Shown here one piece after another: positions 54,092 through 63,397 of a stretch of DNA of 64,000 nucleotides. This DNA comes from an uncultured Acidobacteriota bacterium. Lineage in GTDB: Bacteria > Acidobacteriota > Vicinamibacteria > Vicinamibacterales > 2-12-FULL-66-21. The notes under the pieces were generated by a model that was given only the letters and a program-made list of their open reading frames with translations, was not told where the DNA came from and did not search any database. The position numbers and the translations under genes are program-made. The stretch's first letter is position 1; each line of letters starts with the position of its first letter. Where the stretch lies: positions 453,950 through 517,949 of the forward strand of contig CAWIWL010000013.1 in NCBI GenBank assembly GCA_963839705.1, written 5' to 3'.

Positions 54092-54103
54092 ACTAGAACG
54101 AAT

Positions 54104-54171
54104 AGGGTTTCATCCGCACTGCCACGATGATCGGCGTGAGCACCAGCCCGGACTCAGTGCGGATAAACCCT
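54104..54171. repeat. Inverted repeat downstream of the transposase (agggtttcatccgcactg / cagtgcggataaaccct)
   Basis: Arms 54104-54121 and 54155-54171, one-base bulge, loop about 33 nt. Confidence 0.85.
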
Positions 54172-54429
54172 GTTGGACGAAGCCGCGTGGCTCGCCGTCG
54201 CAATGCTATGGGGATTGTAAGGCTGCTCGGGCGTGACGCGGTGCGACTTTCCACCGAGGGGCGCGCGCGTGGAGGGACCAGTGGGGTCGACGGTGGCGCA
54301 TGCGAGGGGCGGGCGTCCAGTCGTCAGGCCGGTGCGTTCGTTGGCGCGCGGCTCCCAGCAAGAAGCCAGTCAGAGCACGACCGACCGGACGAGCGTCCGC
54401 AATGTTCGCCGTCGGCGTGAAGACCAGCG

Positions 54430-55635
54430 TCATGAGGTATCCGGCGGCCGAATCCAAGGGACGACGATCGCGGTGATGTGCATCCGACCTTCCCCGCACA
54501 CCGGACAGCGTGCGAGGTCGACCCCGGTGACCCGCTGCAGCAGTACGGCAGCCGATTCGGGCCGGGCGTCCTCGGGCGGTGGTTGGCCGAGGAGGTCCCG
54601 GCACCGCGTCAAGGTGCCTCGCCGCGTGCGATTCGCGAGCAGGCCGAAGTGGCGAATGCGCATGAAGCCGCGCGGTACCACGTGCAAGAGAAAGCGTCTC
54701 AGGAATTCGTCGGCCTCGAGCGTGAGGACCTTCACGCGGTCGTGGTCGGCGTAGTCCTTCCAGCGGAACCGAACGCGGCCGTCGCGGTGATCGACGAGCC
54801 GATCATTGGACAGCGCCACGCGGTGGGTGTACCGGCCGAGATAGTCGAGCACCTGTTCAGGGCCGGCGAAGGGCCGCTTCGCATACACGATCCAGTCGAC
54901 GGCCCGCAATTGACCAAGGCAGACGGTGAAAGCGCGACGATCGGCCAGATCGGCGGTGCCTCCCGCGAAGGTGAGCTGCCCGGCGTCAAACGCGCGCTGC
55001 AGGCCGGCGAGATATTTTCCGCGAAAGACCCGTGACAGTGCACGGACCGGAAACAGGAACGTCGATCGACCGGCAATCCATTGTGAGCGGTCCGCCGTCA
55101 ACGCTCCGCCGGTGACCAGACAGTGCAGATGGAGGTGCTGCGAGAGATTCTGTCCCCACGTGTGCAGAATCGCCGTGAGCCCGATGGTGCCGCCGAGATG
55201 CCGCGGATCGCGCCCGAAGGTGAGCAGCGTGTCGGCGGCGGCGCGGAAGAGCAGCGTGTAGATCAGGCGCGGATTGCCCTGCGCGAGCGCGTTGAGCGCA
55301 TGGGGGAGAGTGAAGACGACGTGGAAATACGGAATGGGCAGCAGGTCGGCGCGGCGCGCCGCGAGCCACCGTTCTTTGGTCAGCGTCTGGCACTTCGGGC
55401 AATGGCGATTGCGACAGGAGTTATAGGTGATCCGCACCGCGCCGCAGCGGGCACACGTCTCCCGATGCCCGCCGAGCACGGCGGTGCGGCAGGTCTCGAT
55501 CGCGTGGAGCGCCCGGTGCTGGACGGGGGCGAGGCGATGCGTTCGACGATACACGTCGCCATGGGCGCGCACGATGTCCGCGAGCTCCAGTCGAGGACGG
55601 CTCGAGACCGCCGTGCCCGATGGCACGGCGCACAC
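54430..55635 (-). CDS. IS91 family transposase
   Basis: 'HRALHAIETCRTAVLGGHRETCARCGAVRITYNSCRNRHCPKCQTLTKERWLAARRADLLPIPYFHVVFTLPHALN...QNLSQHLHLHCLVTGGAL...VLDYLGRYTHRVALSNDRL'. Confidence 0.95.
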   Translation of the reverse strand: MCAVPSGTAVSSRPRLELADIVRAHGDVYRRTHRLAPVQHRALHAIETCRTAVLGGHRETCARCGAVRITYNSCRNRHCPKCQTLTKERWLAARRADLLPIPYFHVVFTLPHALNALAQGNPRLIYTLLFRAAADTLLTFGRDPRHLGGTIGLTAILHTWGQNLSQHLHLHCLVTGGALTADRSQWIAGRSTFLFPVRALSRVFRGKYLAGLQRAFDAGQLTFAGGTADLADRRAFTVCLGQLRAVDWIVYAKRPFAGPEQVLDYLGRYTHRVALSNDRLVDHRDGRVRFRWKDYADHDRVKVLTLEADEFLRRFLLHVVPRGFMRIRHFGLLANRTRRGTLTRCRDLLGQPPPEDARPESAAVLLQRVTGVDLARCPVCGEGRMHITAIVVPWIRPPDTS

Positions 55636-55639
55636 AGGA

Positions 55640-56497
55640 TTAGCCCTGCGGCGGCGGCGTAAAACGCGCGAGCAGATCGAGGGCGGAGTTCGGGCCGATC
55701 TGCGCGTGCTTGGTCAAGTGGAAATACCGGGTCGTGGTCGTGATGTCGCCGTGGCCGAGCAACCGCTGAATCGTGTGGACATCGACACCGGCTTCCAGGA
55801 GGTGCGTCGCAAAGGCGTGGCGGAGTCCGTGAATCCCACCGGGCTTCGTGATCCCCGCGCGCCGCTTCGCGGCCTGATAGGCGCGCTGCAAACTGGTCGG
55901 ATGCATCGGCCGGTCGCCGCCGTGCGCCGGGAAGAGCCACACCAGCGGCCGATAGATCAGGAAATATCCCCGCAACGCCTCCAAGAGGCGCGTGGAAAGG
56001 ACCGTGTACCGATCTTTCGCCCCTTTCCCGTGCTCGACGCGAATCATCATCCGTGTTGAATCGATGTCGCGGACGTGCAGGTGGATCACTTCGTTGAGCC
56101 GTAAGCCGGCAGCATAAGTGGTGAGGAGCATCGTGCGATGTTTTCGACTGGTGGTCTGTTCGAGCACACGCTCGATCTCCTCGGGGCTCAAGACCACAGG
56201 AAGCTTGACCGGCTGACGTGGCCCGGGAATGTCGAACGTCGTCCGATCGCGCTTCAGGGTCGTGTGATAGAAAAAGCGGAGACCGTGCACGACAATGTGC
56301 AACGTGCTCCAGGATCGGTGCCGGTCGCGCAGGAGATGCCGCAAGTAGGCTTGCACTTCCTGATCCGAGATCTGGTCGGGCGACCGATGGTAGTGCCGCG
56401 CCAGTCCTTCGACCGCCCACAAGTACGTCTCGCGGGTTCGATCGGCCATCCCGCGGACCACCATGTCCTCGTCCATGCGACGACGCAATGCAGTCAT
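55640..56497 (-). CDS. Tyrosine-type recombinase/integrase (IS91-associated type)
   Basis: 'MTALRRRMDEDMVVRGMADRTRETYLWAVEGLARHYHRSPDQISDQEVQAYLRHLL...AAGLRLNEVIHLHVRDID...GIHGLRHAFATHLLEAGVDVHTIQRLLGHGDITTTTRYFHL'. Confidence 0.95.
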   Translation of the reverse strand: MTALRRRMDEDMVVRGMADRTRETYLWAVEGLARHYHRSPDQISDQEVQAYLRHLLRDRHRSWSTLHIVVHGLRFFYHTTLKRDRTTFDIPGPRQPVKLPVVLSPEEIERVLEQTTSRKHRTMLLTTYAAGLRLNEVIHLHVRDIDSTRMMIRVEHGKGAKDRYTVLSTRLLEALRGYFLIYRPLVWLFPAHGGDRPMHPTSLQRAYQAAKRRAGITKPGGIHGLRHAFATHLLEAGVDVHTIQRLLGHGDITTTTRYFHLTKHAQIGPNSALDLLARFTPPPQG

Positions 56498-56705
56498 GGC
56501 ACACCTCGCTGAGTGGAACGTCGTTATCGACGTTCGCCAGCGGGCATTCTGTGAGGAGGAATCGTCGTAAGGGGGGACAGTCGACGAGAACACCATGCAT
56601 CGATTACGGCGTGGAATCGATCGAAGCGATTCGGTCGGGCCTTTTCCTACCGCGATCAGCGGTTTCGTTCAACTACTGGTAGGCTGACCAGCATATCGCG
56701 GTCAA

Positions 56706-58058
56706 TCAGCCGCCTCCGCTGAGGTACACGGCGCTCGTGTCGGCCTCGACGTGGGAACCCATGATCGCAGCGGCCGCTTTGCGGGCGCTGATGACGCACG
56801 CATCGGTCATGAGGTACTTGTGCTCGCCATATCGACCAACCAGAAGCACTCCATGGTGATTCAGGAAATCCGTAATCATCTGCATCGCCGGTGCGCGGTT
56901 ATGGTCGAAGATCGGGTTTGCGTGCGGTACGAATGTCACGTTCACGTACCGCACGGCATCGGCGTGATCGACGAGGCCCATCTCGACCAGCTCAGAGACA
57001 ACCGTCGACTTGACGTTCTCGAGGTCGCTCGGGACCTCCCGGTATTCTGAGCCGTAGACCTCGGCCTGGATGCCTGAGCAGCCCGGCGGCGCATTGTTCG
57101 GCGAGAAATGCTCCGTATGGCTGATACGAACGCTCAGCTTGTCCTCGTCGTAGACATACATCCATGTCTCGGACCGTCGTGCGGGGTGGTTTACAGCGAC
57201 ATCCACCCGGAGGAAGTTCGTGCACCTGAGTTTCTCCGCCGCGTCGCGCACTGCCTGAGGAGCATCGGTAGAGAGCCGGATCAAGGACTTGAGCGGGATC
57301 GTCGACACGAGCCGCCCATACGACACGAGGGAGCCGTCTGAGAAACGAAGCCGGCGCGATCCGAACGAGACCTGTTCGAGCGCGCAATTCAGCCGGATGC
57401 TCGCGCCACGAGCCATCTTGTGTGTATACGCCAGGAACCCGCCGTGAGTGGGGTAACGCGACTCACGACCAAGGGCGTAGTGGATGGTCTGAATGCCGAT
57501 TGACGCTTTGGCCCCGGCCACGACGTCGTCGACGCTCGGCTTCATGACCCTGTTGCCCACCCACTCGGTGGCGAGATCGGCTGGCTCAACCGTCCAGTAC
57601 TTTCGGGTATAGGCGGCTGGGAACGTCTCGGCGAATACCTCACCGAACGCCTGGTGGATCCATTCGCGGTAGTTCTTTGGCATGCCATCGATGCCACGCG
57701 ACGCGAGGAAACTCTCGAGGCACGCTGACCGCAGCGGCTCGGGAACCTGATAGAGGTTGACCTGAGCGGGATGATCAATCCAGTGGCCCCGGAAGTAGTT
57801 CGAGGCCCTCGACGCCACTACTTCAAAGGCGCCGTCGACCATGTCTGCAAAAAAAGCCTGGGCGTAGGCGTTAGAGGTGAAACTGATGTGCGGCCCGTCG
57901 TCCCAGAGGAAGCCGTCCACGACCTCCGAATGCACGTGCCCGCCGTAGTAGGGCTTCTGCTCGAAAATCTGTGTGTCTTTATGCCGGAGATGGTAGGAGA
58001 CGGCAAGGCCAGAAATACCGGCGCCCAATACGGCAACCGGTATGTGCGAGGATGTCAT
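56706..58058 (-). CDS. FAD-dependent oxidoreductase, UDP-galactopyranose mutase / protoporphyrinogen oxidase-like
   Basis: 'IPVAVLGAGISGLAVSYHLRHKDTQIFEQKPYYGGHVHSEVVDGFLWDDGPH'; C-terminal 'LNHHGVLLVGRYGEHKYLMTDACVISARKAA'. Confidence 0.82.
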   Translation of the reverse strand: MTSSHIPVAVLGAGISGLAVSYHLRHKDTQIFEQKPYYGGHVHSEVVDGFLWDDGPHISFTSNAYAQAFFADMVDGAFEVVASRASNYFRGHWIDHPAQVNLYQVPEPLRSACLESFLASRGIDGMPKNYREWIHQAFGEVFAETFPAAYTRKYWTVEPADLATEWVGNRVMKPSVDDVVAGAKASIGIQTIHYALGRESRYPTHGGFLAYTHKMARGASIRLNCALEQVSFGSRRLRFSDGSLVSYGRLVSTIPLKSLIRLSTDAPQAVRDAAEKLRCTNFLRVDVAVNHPARRSETWMYVYDEDKLSVRISHTEHFSPNNAPPGCSGIQAEVYGSEYREVPSDLENVKSTVVSELVEMGLVDHADAVRYVNVTFVPHANPIFDHNRAPAMQMITDFLNHHGVLLVGRYGEHKYLMTDACVISARKAAAAIMGSHVEADTSAVYLSGGG

Positions 58059-58158
58059 CGTGATGTTAGCAACTTTCCTGAGTGTAAATCCAAGCCCACA
58101 CCCTCATCGTTGTGGTACCCAGCCTTTCAGGCGCGAGACACGAGTCGATTCGTGCCGG

Positions 58159-59622
58159 TCAGCGACGGGCCGCGGCGTCGTGCGGCTCGCCCCAGTTCCG
58201 CTCTGAGTCTGGCCCGATTGCATGTGCCGCGAGGAAATCGCGAATGGTACCGGCCGCCAACCGCCTGCCAGCCTCATTGTAGTGCGTGTCGCGGGGGAGA
58301 TAGAGATCGCCAGTGTGGGCGTGCGCACGAAAACTCGGCAAGAGATCGAGACACGTCACCCGTCGGGCGGCGCAGTATTCCATTAACACGCGTTGTGGCA
58401 GGTCAAAATCGAAGTCCTGTTCGCGCAATCCAAACGTGGTGATCAGTTCCCGTCGCAGTCCCTCGTCCACCTGCGTCTGGTCTGGATGAATCACGAGCAC
58501 GTAACGGGCGCCGCCGCTTTCAGCAACGCGGCGAATCTCGTCGAGAAGAGGGAACACCGATTGGAGGGAGCGGCGATTGACTTCCCCTCCCCTGCCCCAG
58601 TTGTTCAGCCGAAAGTGCTGCATCGCGAGAAATGTCTTCTTGGAGAAAGTACTGATTCCCGTCTGGTGCTCGCGCTCGATCGCGCGAGTCTCAGCAGAGA
58701 TCCGCCAGACCATTTCGATCCACGCTCGAAGCATGAAGTCGCGCGGCCGGTACCACGCTGCATCCGCAGCCCGATGAGTGCGAACCCCGATAAACCGATA
58801 GATGCGGTCGTCTGACAGTGTGAAGTCGTTTCCAACGAAGAAGCCGTGAACGACCAGATCCGGTGAGTAACGCATCCCGAAGCGAAGAATTCGCAACTGA
58901 TGACTGGGCTCGTGTCCGTCGATTGACAGATTGATGAGCTCAACGTGCCCATCAGCCTGGAGGCGGCGCTCGAGCAAGCGAAAGTAGTTCAATTCCGGCC
59001 CTCCCCAGATACCGAGCGAGTCCGCCAGGCCGATAAATCGGTAGGTGCCCGCAGGCTTCCGCTCTGCAACATGCTGTGGCCCCGGAATCCATCCCATATG
59101 GTCTGGCTTCCGCCTAAGGTCCATGAACTCGCGCTCAGTGGTGGGTGTAGTGGTCTGCGAGAGTAGAACGACCAGACCCTCGCTGGCAATGAAGCCGATA
59201 AGGATGGAAACGCCGGCCATCGCAAGAACAGGAAGATAGGACGAGCCAGTCGGCGACACTGCGAGTTGGCCCAATATGGCGGCGATCAAAACGAGGACAA
59301 CCCACTGGGCCGGCCTCACGATGAGGGAACGAGGCACAAAGAGATCGCACAGAAACACGATACAGAACAGGACGACGGTGAACAACAGGATCGATCGCCA
59401 GTCCCGTCTGTCCGTCAATTGCAGGAAAGAAGAACGACGGGCTCGGATCCAGAGAAGCAGGACGTTCAGACCAAAAAGTGTCCACAGGATCGAGTAATCG
59501 ACGCTGTATCGGCCGAGGACTTCCGCGCTGTCGCTCCTGTGCATCAGGAGCAGCAGAAGCGCCACTGTTCCCAACGCAGCGGCGAGGTAGCGGACACTCG
59601 GAATCGCCTTCAGCAACGACAT
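58159..59622 (-). CDS. Membrane-anchored SGNH/GDSL-like hydrolase protein
   Basis: N-terminal run of hydrophobic segments, then 'GTYRFIGLADSLGIWGGPELNYFRLLERRLQADGHVELINLSIDGHEPSHQLRILR...SPDLVVHGFFVGND...DTHYNEAGRRLAA'. Confidence 0.7.
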   Translation of the reverse strand: MSLLKAIPSVRYLAAALGTVALLLLLMHRSDSAEVLGRYSVDYSILWTLFGLNVLLLWIRARRSSFLQLTDRRDWRSILLFTVVLFCIVFLCDLFVPRSLIVRPAQWVVLVLIAAILGQLAVSPTGSSYLPVLAMAGVSILIGFIASEGLVVLLSQTTTPTTEREFMDLRRKPDHMGWIPGPQHVAERKPAGTYRFIGLADSLGIWGGPELNYFRLLERRLQADGHVELINLSIDGHEPSHQLRILRFGMRYSPDLVVHGFFVGNDFTLSDDRIYRFIGVRTHRAADAAWYRPRDFMLRAWIEMVWRISAETRAIEREHQTGISTFSKKTFLAMQHFRLNNWGRGGEVNRRSLQSVFPLLDEIRRVAESGGARYVLVIHPDQTQVDEGLRRELITTFGLREQDFDFDLPQRVLMEYCAARRVTCLDLLPSFRAHAHTGDLYLPRDTHYNEAGRRLAAGTIRDFLAAHAIGPDSERNWGEPHDAAARR

Positions 59623-59690
59623 GCCGTTCAAGTGGTAAGTGATGGGCTGTCTGAGGAACCTCTCGAGTTGAGGTGGTGACGCGCTCTCGA

Positions 59691-60770
59691 TCACCCGATC
59701 ACACGAAACTCGCCCGCCACGCCTGTCGCGTGGGGCGCAGGAGATTCGGCGCCAACCCAATGGAAGCGGGCATCGAGCTGCTCGGCGTCGACGAGCCGCT
59801 CGAGTTGTCTGAGGCGCGTGAACGTGGGCGCGTTGAAGGTCTGGGCCGACAATCCGATCCGCTCAAAGATGTGCCTGAGCTCATCCGCGCCCATACTTGC
59901 GGTGCGGCGACACTGGAATCCGGGCAGCGTCGTCGCAATCTTGTCGAAATTGACGCGGTAACTCCTCGTGTCGCCGTTCGGTGGTCCGACCACCAACGCA
60001 CAGCCGGGAAAGGTCCGCGCCACGATTTCCGCAACTTCGATCACGCGATAGTTCTCGTCGTTGTGTCCGACATTGAATATCTGGTTGTGGACGGCTCGGC
60101 GCGGCGCGTCAAGAGTGCTGGCAATCGCTTCGCAGATGTCGAGGATGTGGACAAGCGGGCGCCAGGCACTCCCATCGCTGTTTAGCACGATCCGGCCTTC
60201 AGTCCAAGCACAGCCGGCAAGGTTGTTCAGGACGATGTCGAAGCGCATCGAAGGACTCGGTCCGTAAGCGGTCGCGTTCCGAAGGAACGTGGGGGAGAAA
60301 TCCGCGTCCGCCATCTCGGAGAGACTCCGTTCGACAAGCACCTTGCAGCGTGCGTAGGCGGTCTGGGGATCGACGGCGGACTCCTCCGTTCGAGCCCCGT
60401 CCACGCCTGCTCCATACACGCTGCAGGAGGACGTATACACGAATCGAGATACGCGAGCGGCCTTGCACAGTCGAGCTAGCGCAACCGTGCCGAGGTGATT
60501 AATCTCATAGGTCACGTCCGGTCGAAACTGCCCTGCGGGATCGTTCGACAACTCGGCCAGATGCACGACCGCATCGCAACCGGCCACGTCACTTGCGGTC
60601 ATTCTGCGGATGTCCTTCCTGAGCACCCGTGTGCTGTGGGGGTCCGCGTAGAGCGTCTGATCGCTGTAGTAGCCGGTATCGAGCCCAGTGATGCCGTGGC
60701 CACGCGCCTGGAGCACGTTGACGAGCCTGCGCCCGATATACCCTTCCATGCCGGTAACGAGCACCTGCAT
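59691..60770 (-). CDS. NAD-dependent epimerase/dehydratase (extended SDR)
   Basis: 'MQVLVTGMEGYIGRRLVNVLQARGHGITGLDTGYY...RFVYTSSCSVYGAGVDG...TAYARCKVLVERSLSE'; YxxxK and a GxxGxxG-like motif. Confidence 0.93.
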   Translation of the reverse strand: MQVLVTGMEGYIGRRLVNVLQARGHGITGLDTGYYSDQTLYADPHSTRVLRKDIRRMTASDVAGCDAVVHLAELSNDPAGQFRPDVTYEINHLGTVALARLCKAARVSRFVYTSSCSVYGAGVDGARTEESAVDPQTAYARCKVLVERSLSEMADADFSPTFLRNATAYGPSPSMRFDIVLNNLAGCAWTEGRIVLNSDGSAWRPLVHILDICEAIASTLDAPRRAVHNQIFNVGHNDENYRVIEVAEIVARTFPGCALVVGPPNGDTRSYRVNFDKIATTLPGFQCRRTASMGADELRHIFERIGLSAQTFNAPTFTRLRQLERLVDAEQLDARFHWVGAESPAPHATGVAGEFRVIG

Positions 60771-60772
60771 CG

Positions 60773-61576
60773 TCAGACCCTGGATTCACAGGCAGTGCGA
60801 TCGCCGCTCCAGACGTTCCACGGCGCTCGGCCCGACGCCCACAGGGCTTCGAGCATCTGCTTTTCTCTCAACGTGTCCATGCACGACCAAAAGCCGTAGT
60901 GGCGGTAGCCCATGAGCTCGCCGTCCCGGACAAGCCTCTCGATCGGCTCGCGCTCCCAGGCCGTACTGTCTGAATCGATGTAGTCGAGGGCTTTCGTGTT
61001 GAGCACGAAATAGCCGCCACTGATCCAGCCTTCGCTGAGTTCTGGCTTTTCGTAGAACTCCCGCACCTGATTCCCCTCGAATCCGATACGTCCGAATCGC
61101 GCGGGGGTGCGAACGGTGGTCACGCTCGCAAGTCTGCCGTGGGAGTGATGGAACTCGAGCAGCTGTCGAATGTCGATGTCGCCAACACCGTCTCCGTACG
61201 TGAGGAAGAACGTCTCGTCGTTGGCGAGCCATTGGCGGAGACGCTTCAGGCGGCCACCGGTCTCAGTCGTGAGCCCGGTATCGACCAGGTGCACTCGCCA
61301 TGCCGGGTGCTGTCCATCGTGGACCGTCGTTTGGCCAGTACCCAGATCGATCGAAAGGTCGTTGTTAATCGCATAAAAGTTCAGGAAGTACTTCTTGATC
61401 ATCTCGCCCTTGTAACCGAGAGCGATGATGAACTCGGTAATCCCATTGGCGGCGTAGATGTTCATGATGTGCCAGAGCATCGGTCGGCCGCCGACTTCGA
61501 CCATTGGTTTCGGTCGAAACGCCGTTTCCTCCGCCAGTCGTGACCCGAGTCCGCCGGCCAGAATGACCACTTTCAT
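60773..61576 (-). CDS. rfbF: Glucose-1-phosphate cytidylyltransferase
   Basis: 'MKVVILAGGLGSRLAEETAFRPKPMVEVGGRPMLWHIMNIYAANGITEFIIALGYKGEMIKKYFLNFYAINNDLSIDLGTG'. Confidence 0.94.
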   Translation of the reverse strand: MKVVILAGGLGSRLAEETAFRPKPMVEVGGRPMLWHIMNIYAANGITEFIIALGYKGEMIKKYFLNFYAINNDLSIDLGTGQTTVHDGQHPAWRVHLVDTGLTTETGGRLKRLRQWLANDETFFLTYGDGVGDIDIRQLLEFHHSHGRLASVTTVRTPARFGRIGFEGNQVREFYEKPELSEGWISGGYFVLNTKALDYIDSDSTAWEREPIERLVRDGELMGYRHYGFWSCMDTLREKQMLEALWASGRAPWNVWSGDRTACESRV

Positions 61577-62119
61577 ACGAGAGCGTCCCCCCTTTTGGCG
61601 TGCCGCAGCCCCCTCGACCGGACCATGGGCGTCCACGGCCCTTCAGCAAATCGCTGACCATGTTGTCGAGCGAGGTCACCTCCCAAATACGCTGGAAAGG
61701 GGAACTGATCCGTCGAGCGCTTTTTCCATGCTGTGGCGCCCGCTCCACAAAGTCACACTTTCGACGAGACTAAATGGCAAACTCCTGGGCCCACGGTAAA
61801 GACGCGTGGCCAGGCGCGTTTCCACGCGAGCCCCTAACCTCATCAATTGGACGGGCCGACGCCGGACCAAGCTCTTCAGTAGTTCAAGACTCCAGCCCGG
61901 CCGACGCAATGCTTCATGAGGAGTCTTGCATTCCGCTGGCGGGGAGTGATTCCACCGGCAACGAGAACCGCGAGATTCTCCGGTCGTGCAAGGGTGGCAC
62001 GAGATTGGCTCAGGGATACTTGACGTTGCCCGCTGGACCGCCACCTCGAAGCACGGCCGGAGCGTGCGAAGGGTCAACCGGCCAGTGCGGTCTACATCCA
62101 CGTATACGGAGGATATTCG

Positions 62120-63397
62120 GTGAGCCAAGCGGCGGTGACATTCGACTGCGTGTGGAAGAGGTTTCGCCGGGGCGAGCGTCACGACAGCCTGCGAGACCTC
62201 GTGCCGGCTCTGGCCAGGCGTGTCTTCCGACGTGGCGTCCGATCAGAACTCGCCGACGAGGAATTCTGGGCGGTTCGCGACGTCTCCTTCCACGTCGGCG
62301 CCGGCGAGGCCTTCGGGATAATCGGCCCCAACGGCGCTGGTAAGTCAACCATCCTGAAGCTGCTCACGAAGATCCTCAAGCCAACCCGCGGCCAGTGCCC
62401 GGTCCGCGGCCGGGTCGCGGCCTTGATTGAAGTGGCGGCCGGGTTTCACCCCGATCTCACCGGGCGTGAGAACGTCTATCTTCAGGGCGCGGTGATGGGT
62501 ATGAAACGCGATGAGATTGCGCGGAGGCTTGACGAGATCGTTGATTTCGCCGAAGTGGACGAATTCATCGATACGCCCGTCAAGCGATACAGTTCGGGGA
62601 TGAACGCACGACTCGGATTCTCGATCGCCGCGCATCTGGACCCCGACGTGCTGATCATCGACGAAGTGCTCTCGGTCGGCGATCAGGGGTTTCAGCAAAA
62701 ATGCCAGGCGCGGATGGAGCACTTCCGAGATCGAGGCGTGGCCATCGTATTTGTCTCGCATCAACTGCCTGCCGTTCTGCAGTTGTGCCGTAATGCGCTG
62801 CTGCTGGATCACGGCCGCACTGCGGCGGTTGGCTCGAGCGCCGAAGTCGTCGCTCACTATTGCGCACAGTCCGTCGCGCACGGCGACGGCGCCGCGGCTT
62901 CAGTGATTGCCCGGGTGAGGGGCGGCGACGAGAATGGCGCCCCCGACGGAGTATTGCCGCTCACACCCGGCGCAAGAGTCAGAGTGGATGTCGAGGTGCA
63001 GTTCCGTGCCCACGTGGCCGCCGCGGTAGTGGGCCTCGTCGTTTGGGAGTCGGCCGGGAACCTCGCTGTCTATGCCTCGAGCTCAGACCGGCTCGGTATT
63101 CGACCATTTCGAGCCAAACCTGGCGACTCCGTGTCATTGGAATTCTCGTTCATCGCCAATCTCACCCGCGGGCTCTATGCCATCGAGGTGGACGTGTTCG
63201 ACTTGCAACGCCAGACGCAACTGGCGGTGATGAGGCGCAAGCCGTTCAGCATCACCGAAGGGATCTCTCAATTCGGTCTGGCGAATCTCTATCCTTCGTG
63301 TCGCGAGGTCGGCGGTGGCGTGGACGGTTCCGACCTGGACAACGCCCGAACCGCACGCGTAGATGAGGTCGCCGCTGTCGCTCGGTTTGAACGGTGA
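62120..63397 (+). CDS. wzt: Polysaccharide ABC exporter ATP-binding protein (Wzt-like) with C-terminal cargo-binding-like domain
   Basis: 'VSFHVGAGEAFGIIGPNGAGKSTILKLLTKILKPTRGQCPVRGRVAALIEVAAGFHPDLTGRENVYLQGAVMGMKRDEI...YSSGMNARLGFSIAAHLDPDVLIIDEVLSVGD', plus a ~150-aa beta-rich C-terminus. Confidence 0.93.
   Translation: MSQAAVTFDCVWKRFRRGERHDSLRDLVPALARRVFRRGVRSELADEEFWAVRDVSFHVGAGEAFGIIGPNGAGKSTILKLLTKILKPTRGQCPVRGRVAALIEVAAGFHPDLTGRENVYLQGAVMGMKRDEIARRLDEIVDFAEVDEFIDTPVKRYSSGMNARLGFSIAAHLDPDVLIIDEVLSVGDQGFQQKCQARMEHFRDRGVAIVFVSHQLPAVLQLCRNALLLDHGRTAAVGSSAEVVAHYCAQSVAHGDGAAASVIARVRGGDENGAPDGVLPLTPGARVRVDVEVQFRAHVAAAVVGLVVWESAGNLAVYASSSDRLGIRPFRAKPGDSVSLEFSFIANLTRGLYAIEVDVFDLQRQTQLAVMRRKPFSITEGISQFGLANLYPSCREVGGGVDGSDLDNARTARVDEVAAVARFER

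Larger units (their letters stand above)
54100..56610 (-). mobile_element. IS91-like element carrying a Y2/HUH transposase and a tyrosine recombinase. Left end placed by inference, right end approximate.
   Basis: Transposase plus upstream integrase, terminal inverted repeat at 54104-54171, and a GAAC tetranucleotide at 54096-54099 adjacent to the proposed left end. Confidence 0.65.

Noticed and set aside
55380-56600. 406-aa minus ORF overlapping the integrase
   Set aside because: Alternate-frame shadow of the tyrosine recombinase, which carries clear HxLRHxxATHLL / Y motifs.
61676-62348. Small ORFs in the rfbF-wzt intergenic region
   Set aside because: Arg/Pro-rich with no coherent motif in any frame; some run into wzt on the opposite strand.
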